From Octopus sinensis (lineage: Eukaryota), in contig NW_021834002.1 of assembly GCF_006345805.1 (NCBI RefSeq), positions 13,862 through 77,861 of the forward strand: DNA of 64,000 nt, written 5' to 3'. Made by a program: the position numbers and the translations under genes. Positions 38,105 to 52,149 of this stretch are shown here, piece after piece. The notes under the pieces were generated by a model, which saw only the letters and a program-made list of their open reading frames with translations, was not told where the DNA came from and ran no database searches. Every line of letters begins with the position of its first letter. Position 1 is the stretch's first letter.

Positions 38105-38514
38105 GGCGCAGGAGTGGCTGTGTGGTAAGTATCTTGCTTACCAACTACATGGTTCCGGGTTCAGTCCCACTGTGTGGCACCTTGGGAAAGTGTCTTCTAC
38201 TATAGCCTCGGGCCGACCAAAGCCTAGTGAGTTGATTTGGAAGACGGAAACTGAAAGAATCCCGTCGTATATATGTATATGCATATATATTTGTTGTATA
38301 TGTTTGTGCGTCTATGTTTGTCCCCACAACATCGCTTGACAACCGATGCTGGTGTGTTTACCTCCTCGTAACTTAGCGGTTCGGCAAGAGAGACCGATAG
38401 AATAAGTACTAGGTTTACAAAGAATAAGTCCTGGAGTCGATTTGCTTGGCTAAAGGCGGTGCTCCAGCATGGCCGCAGTCAAATGACTGAAGCAAGTAAA
38501 AGAGTAAAAGAGTA
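38105..38514 (+). mobile_element. SINE family A, full length
   Basis: ggcgcaggagtggctgtgtggtaag... to (agtaaaag)n tail. Confidence 0.92.
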
Positions 38515-38569
38515 ACGGTCAATGTCACGTATTCTATAAACGTTTCTAATTTAAGTGGAAGAAATTGCT

Positions 38570-38990
38570 GAAGATAATGGTTTATAATTTTGGCCCATGT
38601 CCAACTAGTTGACCACAGTGCTCAACTAGCACTTTATTTTATCGACCGCGAAAAGATAAAAGACAAAGCAGACGTCGATCACATTTGAACTCAGAACGTA
38701 AAAAGAAAAGAAATGCCGCTACACATTGTGTCAGCGGTGCTAACGGTTTCGCCAGCTCGCAGCTTTTGTTGCAAAATTTGGAACAAGGCCGGCAATTTCA
38801 GGGAAGAGATAAGTCGATTCCATTGACCTCAGTGCTTGAAATGGTACTTATTTCATCAACACCGAAAGGAATGGCAAAGTAAATCACAGCGCAATTTGAT
38901 TTCAGAATTCTTAAAAGCCGGAAGAAATGCCGGAAAGCAATTTCTCCGGCACAGTAACGAATCTGTCAGCTCACCGACATAATTGCTGCT
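38570..38990 (-). mobile_element. Two decayed family B SINE copies
   Basis: Family B motifs. Confidence 0.7.
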
Positions 38991-39041
38991 AAGCTAATAA
39001 TAATTGTAATGATAATTCCAAATCATACTTATTTCTCTTCC

Positions 39042-39076
<35 letters not shown>

Positions 39077-39481
39077 AAATATATACATATATATATATAT
39101 GAAGGGAGGTGTATATACGTATGTATATATGCTTTTCCCATATATGATATATATATATATATAGATATATATATTGTATGTGGAGTGTGTGTGTGTGTAT
39201 ACATACATATATGTACATATACATGTATATAAATACAAAATATATATAAATAATATATATATGTATATATAATATTATATTATATTATATTACATATACA
39301 TATATATATTGTATTATATCATATTACACTATATTATATACTGATTATTTTCGCTTTAGCGATTCGTGCAGAAAGAAATTAAAGATGGCAGTCAAATTTG
39401 GCAAAGCTATATATTTCACGTACCTACATGCACTCATGCACACCACATACATATCTATCTCTCCCTCTCTTTCTTTCTCTC

Positions 39482-39549
<68 letters not shown>

Positions 39550-39630
39550 TATATATATATATATTATATATAGGAGAAGATGTCCTTCTCCACTAAGGAT
39601 CTTATTTCAAAACTATTTAGAAAAAGCACT

Positions 39631-39686
<56 letters not shown>

Positions 39687-40330
39687 GGAGAAGATGTCTT
39701 CTCCACTAAGGATCTTATTTCAAACTATTTAGAAAAGCACTTACATTAGACTTCAAATCGATATTTGCAGAGATTAATAAATCAAGTTTCGTGGCTTTGG
39801 AATCGAGTTTAAAGAAGAAGATCTGACGACGCTTCTATAAACCCCCGTGACCTATTAAATTTTCTTTCTCTGTCTCAAACAATTAAACTATATTTACAAT
39901 AGATACATGTTAAGGAAATCTTGCGAACTACTGGGTATCATACGTCTCGATCTTATATTTTTCTCTTATATGTTTTTGTGTCTTCACTGTGTGCATGTAC
40001 GTGTATATCCAATGGCTATGCATACATGCAATCATACGTACGTATATATGTGTGCGTATATGTATGTATACAGGCATTCTTTTACTTGTTTCAGTCGTTT
40101 GACTGCGGCCATCCATATATATTATACATGATTGTGTATAGAATAATATATTGCTCAAAGAAATTCCAGCTAATAATATATTATAAGATAATACAATGAA
40201 ATGATAGAATATTAAATATCCCTTCTGACTGAACTAACACTTTCGTACATTAAACTATACAATATTCAGGTTCATACAGTATTGGTGACAGTTAAGTTTT
40301 ACAATTAACAACTATATATATGTGTGTATG

Positions 40331-40367
<37 letters not shown>

Positions 40368-40437
40368 ATAAAAATGGTAAGACAAGAAAAGAATGAAAGA
40401 GACCTCGATATTATGAAAATTGAAGAATTTACCTGTA

Positions 40438-40676
40438 AATGTAATATGTGACAATTATTCGGTAGGCATGATAAAACTCCGAGTTTCGGATGCCGAGGTG
40501 GTAATCCACACCACCATCTCTTCAATTATCCAGCCATCGGAAAAAATGCTATGAAAAATGACCGTTTCATAGCATTTTTTCCGATGGCCGGATAATTGAA
40601 GAGATGGCGGTGTGGATTTCTACCTCGGCATCCGGAGTTTTATCATGGCAACCGAATAATTGTCACATATTACATT
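40438..40676. repeat. Near-perfect palindrome (119/112-bp arms, 8-nt loop)
   Basis: aatgtaatatgtgacaattattcgg...gctatgaaa [aatgaccg] tttcatagc...ccgaataattgtcacatattacatt. Confidence 0.95.
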
Positions 40677-40851
40677 CATATATATATATATATACAGTCT
40701 TAAGATGGATATTATACCAAAAGTAATAATACTTACACACCAAACGGCCCTCTGAAAACCCAAGATTTACTTCGAAACACGAATTTACATCAAGAATCTT
40801 GCAAACTAAATGCAAAAATGTTGTATACAGATAGGTAGCTAGCTAGCTAGC

Positions 40852-40907
<56 letters not shown>

Positions 40908-41544
40908 GAGATAGATAGATAGATAGATAGGTTAAACGGACTTGATTTCTAAATATATATATATATATATATATAGATATATATATATATAATATATATA
41001 TATCTATATACGATATATATAAACACTTCATCTACGTAAAGGTTTTGTATTCTTTAACTTTCTGTTGAAGAATTTTCCATAGGAAATATCTTAAGTTATC
41101 TACTTCATGCACAATTTTGTGACTCCTATTAGCAAAGCAAAAAAGTTATCAATATATAAAAATAAAACACGTAAAATGGTGAATAAAAACAGAGAATAAT
41201 TTTCCACTCTCATGATTTATATATATATATACATCATACATATATATATATATATTAATATATATATATATATAGATATAATATATATGTCACGTACAGA
41301 AAGTGTATTTGCTTATGATACGTTTTTTACCTCTTCGGTCACATTTACTAAGTTGTTTTGTCTTCAGCGAAACGGTGACCTTTCTTTTAAATTTGTTCTC
41401 ATCAATGACCTGACATTTCTTGTCAATAATACTGATATCCGTTTCAAATTACGCTACTTACCTCTCCTTCGCTGTGTGTATAAACATTACTTCGCGTATT
41501 TCTCCGGTTTGTATATATTATATATAATATATAATATATGTATA

Positions 41545-41590
<46 letters not shown>

Positions 41591-41669
41591 CCTATGTATA
41601 TATATTACTACAATATATAATATTATATATACACATATATTCATATACATATTTATACATATATGTATG

Positions 41670-41716
<47 letters not shown>

Positions 41717-41837
41717 TACATACATACATACATATATATAGTATACATAACATTAATATACATATATATACATATATAGCCAACATCAGTACGTACGTGC
41801 AACAATACTTACATATTTATACATAAATATATCAATG

Positions 41838-41879
<42 letters not shown>

Positions 41880-42001
41880 ATATATTATATATATATAAAT
41901 ACATACATACATGTAAACATGAATACAATATATATACGTAAATACATCCAACCAACATGTACATAAGTAAATTCAATACATGCATGCATACACACACACT
42001 A

Positions 42002-42036
<35 letters not shown>

Positions 42037-42529
42037 AATATATATATACATAAACACACATACACACATACATGCATAAACCAATCCATGCGTACATTCA
42101 TGCATACATGAATGTGTGCCTATTTTCGATTATAACGGATCCATAAAGAATCAAGGCATATGAAAGTGAAGCGCGCCTGTAATCGGCTACATTAAAAATC
42201 ACGCAGATTATTAATTCAAGCAATCATTAAACCTAGCGTAGAAGACACCGAAGACGTAAATCCTTTGTCAATGGATAATCCGCATTTACTCAGCTTGAAG
42301 AAGATTCCTGATATGGTTTAGAGTTGCATTGTGTATTGCACATTTGGTAAATAACTGCATTATGTTTACATCGAAATACAAGCTCCTAGCAACAGTTGCA
42401 AAGCATTGGTCTGATTTTATTATACACCAGCTGAAACTGAGCACTCCGTGCGGACCTTTAAATTGGCTCCTGCGGAGGATAATTAGGTCTACGGCTCAAG
42501 ATTAAACAGAGGTAAATAGCTTGACTATA

Positions 42530-43090
42530 ATTTTTTCTACTTTGGACAGAGGGCCTGGATTTTGTGGGAGTGATACAGTCGATCACATCGACCCCAGTGC
42601 TCAAATAGTACTTAATTTGTCGACCCCGAAAGGATGCAAGGCAAAGTCGACCTAGGCGGAATTTGAACTCAGAACGTAACGGCGAGCTGGCAGAAACGTT
42701 AGCACGCTGGGCGAAATGCTCAGGAGTATTTCGTCTGCCGTTCCGTTCTGAGTTCAAATTCCGCCGAGGTCGACTTTGCCTTTCATCCTTTCGGGGTCGA
42801 TGAATTAAGTACCAGTTACGCACTGGGGTCGATGTAATTGACTTAAACCCTTTGTCTGTCCTTGCTTGTCCTCTCTATGTTTAACCCCTTGTGGGTAGTA
42901 AAGAAAAATATATTTCGTCTGCCGCTACGTTCTGAGTTCAAATTCCGCCGAGGTAGACTTTGCCTTTCATCTTTTTGGGGTCGATAAATTAAGTACCAGT
43001 TACGCACTGGGGTCGATGTAATCGACTTAACCCCTTTGTCTGTCCTTGTTTGTCCCCTCTATGTTTAGCCCCTTGTGGGTAATAAAGAAA
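42530..43090. mobile_element. Family B SINE cluster: one minus copy head-to-head with two tandem plus copies
   Basis: Inversion junction cgtaacGGCgagctgg near 42681; tandem junction at ~42910. Confidence 0.9.
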
Positions 43091-44297
43091 TAAGATTTTC
43101 GCGTTTATTATTATGGATACATGTGTGTTGCGTGTGCGTGTGTGTGTGTGTGTGTGCCTGTAGGTGTGATTGCGCACACGTGTGTGTTTAAACCAGGAAC
43201 ATCCGAAAGAAGATCCCTGAATAGAGGATCCCTGACAAGCTTTAACCATGAAGAATCAAGGCACATTAAGGTGAAGCGAGCTGTTAATCGGCAGACATTG
43301 CAGTAATCCATTACCCAAGGCGTCGATGAGGTAAAGAAACCGATGCAGAGTAATCTGCGATTTCTCAGCAAAGCCTTGTTCACCCATTTTGAGAAGTTGC
43401 CGGTTGAGCTTCAGAGGCGTACAATGTATTTTGCATAAGCTAAATAATTGTATTATGTTTACGTCGAAATATAAATGCACATGACGAAACAATTGTAACA
43501 ACACTTCAAGTATTCGCCAGCTTTAATTGCGTGTGTGTGTATGTGTGTAATTGCGTGCTTGTATGTGTGTTTAAAGCAGGAACATCAGATGAAGGATCCC
43601 TGGAATGCTTTAGAAATGTCCATTGTTCCTTCGAACGATTGTATTTGGAGAATGTGAATAAGTTTGCTTTGTTCTCGCTTCAAGATCCCCAGCATGTTTC
43701 GGCTTTTATGCCAATCAGTCGTTACATAGTCCAGTGCACTCATGAAAATAGTAGCAAAGGAAATTCTATAACATGGATACAAGAGCTGTGGGTTTCTCAT
43801 TATTTCTTCATAAACATTCACATCCGTAGGACAGCTGACCTGTGTACGCACATATAAGGAAGCGGAGATGGAGGGATGGCTGTATATATGTGAATATATA
43901 TGTACATACAAATATATATATTACCATTATATATATATATATATATATATTATATATTGATATATATATACATATATAATATATATACATATATAGTATA
44001 TATATATATATATATATGTATATAATATATATACATATACATATAATATATGTATATATGTATATATATATATTACACACATATATATATGCATACATAC
44101 ATATATATATATATAAATACATATAATATACATATATATTATGTATTATATGTATGTATGTTTGTATTTATTTGTATATGCGTAAATGTCTGTATGTATA
44201 TGTCGATGTGTATCTACGAGTATACGTATGTATGTATCTGTATATGTACGTATATGTATACATTTATAAGAAATGTCAACTATTAATATTATATATA

Positions 44298-44339
<42 letters not shown>

Positions 44340-44692
44340 TGATATGCATGCATGGGTGTATATACGTATGAATGCATTATGAATACATCATGCATAAGTA
44401 CATTTCGATACATGTGGTGCTTGTAAGCATACGTGTTTATGTATGTATGCATATACTGATTTATGCAAGTTCCTATACGTGTTTGTATATGTGTGTGCAC
44501 ATGTATGTGTGTGTCTGTATACATGTACGTATGCATCTATGTAGCGTATGTACATTTGTACATGCGTGTGCGTGTGTAATTTTGTATACACACATGCTTG
44601 TATGAAAGTATCCATGCGTGAATGTATGTACGAATGCATTATATATGCGTCTATACAAGAATATATTTGTATATAGGTGTATTCATAACAGC

Positions 44693-44742
<50 letters not shown>

Positions 44743-45289
44743 GTATGTATATTGTTGTGTATGTAAATTTCTATGCATGTATGTATGAGTGATTGCGGGT
44801 GTATGTATGTGTAAGTATACATGTGAGTATGCATGTATGTACAGTATATGCGTGCGTGTGTAATTTTGCATGCACGCGTGTATACATAAATGTATACACA
44901 TAAAGGCAATAGGTCAGACATTTATATTCTACACTATTCACTCTTTTCCAAAGAAATTTGATACTTCTAACATTGTAGTTGTTCCTATTATATTTAACCC
45001 CAGGTCAGACCTGATCAGGCAAAGCTACAATCAAAGGTATCTTATCATCGTTTGCTTCTATGCATACACACTACACAAACATTTACACACACACATACAC
45101 GCACATCGACGCACTCACACACACATATACGCACATACACGCACACACTCACACATATACGCACATACACGCACACACTCACACATATACGCACATATAC
45201 GCACACACAAACATTACGTATTGATAAAAGTTGAAGACTGCATTACATACATGTACGACGTACACATTTGACTGCTCAGTAGTAACAGT

Positions 45290-45441
45290 ACAAGTAGTAT
45301 ACGTAGTATATATAATATATACTAGTAGTAGAGTAGCCACAGTATAGTAATATAGTCGTAGTAGTATAGCAAATAGTATGTAATGTGTTAGTAGTAGTTA
45401 GTAGTAGTGATTAGTAGTAGTAGTGTAGTAGTAGTGTAGCT

Positions 45442-45476
<35 letters not shown>

Positions 45477-45690
45477 TATAGTAGTAGTGTAGTAGTCGTA
45501 GTAGTAGTAGTAGTAGTAGTACTAGTAGTAGTAGTAGTAGTAGTATAGTAGTAGTAGCGTAGTAGTGCAGTAGTAGTAGTAGTAGTAGATAGTAGTGTAG
45601 TAGTAGTAGTAGAAGCAGCAGAACACAGCAGCAGCAGCAGTCAGCAGCAGTAGAGTAGTAGTAGTTAGTTAGTAGTAGTAGGAAATAGTA
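45290..45690. repeat. Degenerate (AGT)n/(AGC)n microsatellite
   Basis: Direct inspection. Confidence 0.9.
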
Positions 45691-45792
45691 AGTGCTACAG
45701 TATTATGTACTTGAATTAGTAGAAATGGCTTTTCTGATAACGCTGGTTTATAGACAAACTGAGGCAGACATATAAATAGTTTTTACTTGAAG

Positions 45793-45960
45793 CGTAGGAG
45801 TGACTGTGTGGTAAGTAGCTTGCTTACCAACTACATGGTTCCGGGTTCATCCCAGTGCGTGGCAGCTTGGGCAAGTGTCTTCTACTATGGCCTCGGGCCG
45901 ACCAAAGCCTTGTGAGTGGATTTGGTAGACGGAAATTGAAAGAATCCCGTCGTATATATG

Positions 45961-46005
<45 letters not shown>

Positions 46006-46075
46006 TTGTGTTTGTCCTCCCCCAACATCGCTTGACAACCGATGGTGGTGTGTTTACGTCCCCGTAGCTTAGCGG
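45793..46075 (+). mobile_element. SINE family A, 3'-truncated
   Basis: Head, CORE-like segment, (TA)n(TG)n and part of the 3' half. Confidence 0.88.
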
Positions 46076-46719
46076 TGTGTGTGTGCGTGTGTTTGTGTGT
46101 AATACAGAATAATTTGAAGGGGTTTGACTGCTACATATGTTTGGTCGAGCGAATGTACTGAACCCACCACGATCACCACCAACACGCATTCCTCGTTCGG
46201 TAGCTGCTATTTCGAATGTAGTTTAGTACTAAATGTTGCATAAGTCTGTATTTATTTAATTTATTCGCGAACATCCATTAAATGCAAATTAAATAACAAG
46301 AAATTATGTCATATTTTATATCATTTTCATTAAAACCCCCCAAGAATAAGAATCAGCAGAAATGTTTTTCTTGTTTTACTGTAGGTTTTTTTTACGTTTG
46401 TTATTATTACTATTTATGCTGTTTTAATTTTTTTTAATTAATTAAATACACGAATAAACTTTCTTTAAAATATTACCAAACAAAGCAATATAAAAGAGAC
46501 ATTCTTATTAGCATGCCGCCTCGAGTCATCACGACAAACCATGAAATTATGAAAGGTAACAAATATGAAACAAAATGGCCGACTAAGAGAACCACAGAGA
46601 ATTTGAAAGAGAGTTCATAAGAAATTACACGTATCAGGTGAAGGTTGATATTTCGATGTATTTCCTTCAGGAGATGTGACTGTTTCATAATGAATAATTT
46701 GGTTGTTCATACAACGTTG

Positions 46720-46726
46720 TTATTGC

Positions 46727-46796
<70 letters not shown>

Positions 46797-46830
46797 ATTA
46801 TTATCATTATTATTGTTATTGTTATTATTG

Positions 46831-46861
<31 letters not shown>

Positions 46862-46869
46862 CATTATTA

Positions 46870-46913
<44 letters not shown>

Positions 46914-47040
46914 ATCGCGCATTATTAGACAGAAAAAGACAATAAAATATTTTACATTTTAATAAGATCGTGCAGTTCTAGAACAAGGAAATAATAACAA
47001 CAAAAACATGAAGAACATCAACAATAATAACAATAATATC

Positions 47041-47102
<62 letters not shown>

Positions 47103-47120
47103 CACCAATAATAATAATAA
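46720..47120. repeat. (ATT)n and (AAT)n tracts in opposite orientation
   Basis: 46720-46910 (ATT)n; 47020-47120 (AAT)n. Confidence 0.9.
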
Positions 47121-47495
47121 ATGCCCTGATGCAGTATCAGGTAGTGGCTCTCATGGCTTCTGATCTTAATTGATTGGAAGTGTTATCATGTACATTGTTT
47201 TGTCATGGTATAAAAGATGGGCTACAACAAATATTCTGCTCAATACCACAGATTTGTTTATCAGTTGTTTGACCTTAAACAGTTGAACATGTCCCTTAGT
47301 GGCTGACGATATGTGCATCGCTGACCATGAGCAAAAGTAGTGGGGGAGCATCATAGCCGTGTGTTGAAAGGAATTCTTGGAGGTTTGGATAATTCACCTT
47401 TGGAAATATGGGTTGTTCGTTCAACATCCATAAACAATCCTTATTCAGGGACCTTTTGAGCGAGATGGCGTACTCGACCAGAAGAAAATTCTAAG
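47121..47495 (-). mobile_element. Retroposon 3' end, family F, with (TTA)n tail
   Basis: Reverse complement of ~62400-62775; a partial copy also at 52830-53000. Confidence 0.8.
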
Positions 47496-48111
47496 TTTTA
47501 ATCTTCGTCCTTTTTAAATATGTAAAGCCACTGGTTTTAATTGATTAATATCAACTTCTACCCTTATTATTTAAAATTAAATAAAAAATGTCCTCCAACC
47601 GGTAAATTGGCTGCTGAAATTTATTAACAGCAGAGTAATTTCCGGTCTCAACGCGTCAAAGTGAAGACATTTGAAAAATACACCCAAATATAATTTGTAG
47701 CACTTTATACATACTCTATTTCAGTTGAGCGTTCTGTGTCTAGTTCTGGAAATTGTGTTTTGTAACCGAGAGACTACGCCGACGATCTTGCAGATATATG
47801 CGTGTTTGCATACGTAGATATTAAAAAGTGAAACAATTGTTACGTAGGTAATCATTTTTTATTTCGTATATTTTCATTTGTCTTGCTCACTTTTACATTT
47901 TGGCGTTTTGCTGAGATTTTCCTTGAGAACAAACGCTTCGTGGTAATGTCGATTTGACGCCTATGTTTAGCATATTAGCTGTCCACTTTAGTGGTCATTC
48001 TTCTTAATTTTGTGTATATATTTATATATATGTGTATGTATATGTATGTATATACATATATATATATTTACATGTCTATATAAATACACACAAACACATA
48101 CACACATACTC

Positions 48112-48152
<41 letters not shown>

Positions 48153-48199
48153 ATGTATATATATATATGTGTGTATGTATGTATATATACACCCACCCA

Positions 48200-48425
48200 C
48201 GTGTGTGCAGTGTGTGCTTGACTACGTATGCCTTTGTGTTTGTCCCTAACTATCGGTGTTGATTTCTTAAAGTTCTCGTGATCTAGCGGCTCGACAGTAG
48301 AGAAACCGATAGAATATGTACTACACTTTAAAATAAAAACAATTCCTCGGGTCATTTGTTTGACCAAAGCCTTCAAGGCTGCTCCAGTAAGGACCGTAAT
48401 CCGATGAGTGAAGCAAGCAAAAGAT
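48200..48425 (+). mobile_element. Decayed family A 3' half
   Basis: accgatagaata...ggctgctccagta...atgagtgaagcaag. Confidence 0.7.
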
Positions 48426-48881
48426 TTCAGATAAACTATTCTACGCAGAGGCCGAAAGCCAGGGTTAAATCAGCTTCGGGACTGGTGTTTCACAGCAGAA
48501 ATAATCTTAGGAAAATGGTAGAAGTACAATTTCAATTGTCGATTATAGTTCTTGCTAGAGAAGAAAGAAAAGCAAGCCGATATGAGAAAATCGCATTTGG
48601 AATGGTAAGATGTAAAAGGAAGAAGTTATTATAGCAATTATTTGGAAACAATTTAGAAAGAATTCGAGAGTTCAATAATAATGAGATTTCATCGAAGAAA
48701 GTCTTTGAGTGGGTGGTGGGAGATGCTTAAGACGAAATGGAAAGTATATAATATGTGTGTGGCGGGTGCGTATGTGTGTGGCGGGTGCGTATGTGTGTGT
48801 ATTTGTGTGTGTAGGTATGTATATATATTTGTATATATGTGTTAATACATATATATATATATGTATTTGTAAATCTCTCTC

Positions 48882-48919
<38 letters not shown>

Positions 48920-48980
48920 GAGAGAGAGAGAGTGAGAGATTACACGTGTGTGTATACATTTACAATAATATATCCATTTG

Positions 48981-49025
<45 letters not shown>

Positions 49026-49153
49026 ACATAATATATATATATATATTATTATATATACATATCTTTACATATACATATATTTTTCTATTTATATATATAT
49101 ATATATATATACACATACATATATACATGATATATATATATATATGTATATCT

Positions 49154-49185
<32 letters not shown>

Positions 49186-49621
49186 CATACATAGGACAAC
49201 TTAAATACAGAGAGTATTGTGCAATAAAAGCTGTGAACACTAGTCACTTAAACGTGTATTTATCATAACTTGTTGTTAAATTGATTTCCCAAGTAATAAC
49301 ATGGTTTCGGAAATAAATGGAATGGCAAATGGAAAAACTGTGACGTTCAATGTTTTTCCAAGAACGTTTGTGCCACAAAACCTATAATTCAAAGCGGCTT
49401 CTTACAGACTATTTCCAACATGGCCGCCGTAATTCTTTTAATTAACGACTAAAACCTAAAAATAGGGTTGCGTTAGTGATATAATTGTTCACGTGGTTGA
49501 GAATGTTGCGATGTGTGGGAGAAAGTGATAAATACCGGCTTAAATCGTTTGCGGTGTTGAGTTATTTCCCTTTATGATCTTGGCTCGAATTTCTTTCAGA
49601 TTAAGAAATTTGCTTGAGATA

Positions 49622-49850
49622 ATCTTTACTCTCTTACTCTTTTACTTGTGTCAGTCATGTGACTGTTGCCATACTGGAGCACTGCCTTTTTAGTCGAGCA
49701 AATAAGCCCCACGACTTATTCTTTTTAAGCATAGTACTTATTCTATTGGTTATTTTTGCCGAACCGCTAAGTTACAGGAACGTAAACACACCAGCATCGG
49801 TTGTCAAGCGATGTAGCGGGGGACAAACACAGAGACACAAATATATACAC
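49622..49850 (-). mobile_element. SINE family A, 3' half
   Basis: Reverse complement of the family A 3' half and tail. Confidence 0.85.
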
Positions 49851-49899
49851 ACACATACATATATATATATATAATACATATATACGAAGGGCTTCTTTC

Positions 49900-49951
<52 letters not shown>

Positions 49952-49955
<4 letters not shown>

Positions 49956-50133
49956 GATTTTCTTATCTCCTTTTTTCTCCGTCTTCCCTTCCTTGGACCT
50001 TTCATTCTTTTATGTTTCTGACGAAGAGCTCCGCTCGAAACGTTAAATCGTCCTTCTTTCCTTTCCTAAGAGTCCAATAACACTATAGTTGTTCCACATC
50101 CTCGCATTGTTGTGTTTTCTCTTTGTTCATGTT

Positions 50134-50135
<2 letters not shown>
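49952..50135 (+). mobile_element. Penelope-like end repeat, family P2
   Basis: Homologous to 20295-20492. Confidence 0.6.
50014..50048 (+). ncRNA. Minimal hammerhead ribozyme motif with canonical core (family P2)
   Basis: GUUU-CUGACGA-A-GAGC(UCC)GCUC-GAAAC-GUU^AAAU. Confidence 0.65.
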
Positions 50136-50222
<87 letters not shown>

Positions 50223-51318
50223 TCGGCTTAGGCTTCTGCATTTCTGAAGAGTTATTATCAGACAATCTACAATAAAATTGCTTCGTCCTGGACTGAAACC
50301 AGATTCTGGGTTTGTTTTCTAGTAACTTTTCCCTCTTAGTTTATCGGTTTGTCGCGTCTAAATTTCCTGCCACAGTTTTATTTATCGATTAAATTATTTC
50401 CTATTTAAATGTGTCTATTCTCATTCTAGAAAATAAATAGAAAAATTCCGTTGTTTCCGGTATTTTGAGGGGTTTTTTTGTTTCTGTTATTGAGTTTCTT
50501 TTTGTATCATTTGAACGAATTAATTTTTCTTTCTGTATCTGTTATTTACAAATAAGCAATTCATTTGTTATTTAATATCATTGTATTATCTGTCTGAAAA
50601 CTTACCCCGACAGTAAAATTATATTGTGTGGCGTTTAGCTTAATTTGGCATAGATTCAAAACCTTTGAGTCTTGTCTAAACATTACGATTTTGTTCACGC
50701 TCTGGCGAGTCTTAACTTCTTTACCGACTTAAAAATAGACAGAACAAAAAAAAATTCGGTTCAGAAAAGAGCCAGAATCTAGAGAATCTAATAAAGCAAT
50801 CGAGAGACGAAACTTTAAGATCTGAAGGCGATGCATGGTTCAGAGTTTCTACTTTCGAAATTGATACAAATTGCCGTGGGGGATATTCTGATGGACAACC
50901 AAAATGAAAGTGAAGAATTGGCGATTCTTGCTAAATGTGTTAAAACACACACACACACATGCACACGCACACACACACACACTCACACACACATGCACAC
51001 ACACACACACACACACACATGCACACATGCACACGCACAAACACACATTACATACGACAAAACTTTATCCGTGATTAAACCCAGACGGTTAAGTAGACAC
51101 ACATTTTCCTCTTTTCATTCAAATTTCGAATAATGAATACTTTAAGTAACCATTTTCCCATAGCCAACATTGTTTAAAGTAGGGAAGTTGTGAAAATAGC
51201 TTAGCTAAAATATTTATATTCTAATTTAGACTTTTGTTTATGGGTGAGACATTTTTAAACAAGTTATGGTCGCTGCCATGCTTTCCTTCAATTAATGGCG
51301 AATATTGTCGTAGTATTA

Positions 51319-51713
51319 TCTATATATATAAAACTGTAGTTGTGTGAGTGTCTGTCCCCTTCGATTTAGATTCCTAACTACTCCCACATTTTGCGGTGCA
51401 GTTTAACCAAAACCGGGTATCTTATAGTCGTGATTCATATCGAGCCCTTCTGGGTATTAGCGCGTGTCTACGATGAGTCTACGATTTTAAAAATAATTTA
51501 CCATCATTTTTTTCCATTTTCATGCATATTTTTTTAAAGGGAAGTAACTCTCTAAAAATGTCTACGATGAGTCAACGATTTTTAAAAAAATTTACCATCA
51601 TATTTTTTCCATTTTTAATGCATTCTTTTGCTATTTTTTTGGCTATAACTCTCTAAAAATGCTGTATAGTTATTTCCCTTACAAACCCGAGCAACGCCGG
51701 GCGATACTGCTAG
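51319..51713 (+). mobile_element. Non-autonomous Helitron
   Basis: 5' TC, 3' CTAG, subterminal hairpin cccgagcaacgccggg, inserted between A(51318) and T(51714) with no TSD; ~90-bp internal tandem duplication. Confidence 0.88.
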
Positions 51714-52149
51714 TATTCTATACTTGATGAATAAAATGTTCCATGCTAAATAACTAAACGTTGCTTCATACGTACAGTATGGATTAAATGAAAGCAACGA
51801 GAACACAGAATTAAATGCAAACAACGAGAACACAGAGTGTGGTCTGTAGCCTCCTTGAAATGGCATTTTTATGACAATAAAATTATGCGAGATGATCTTT
51901 ATCCAATAAAAAATAATAGAAGTAAAAAATTATCTAAATTCGCATATTATTCAAAAAAATTTATATTTAAAATGCACAAAACATATACATGTTATATATT
52001 TCCACAAATTACATTAAAAATATAATTCTATATACATTAGTGTAACACGGTTTTGTTTTTCGTTTTTTCTTTGGTAGCAGCTGTTATTTCTTGTTTGCTA
52101 ATCCCTAAAGAGTATGAAAAAAATAGCTATTTCTTTCAAAGTTTGCTTT

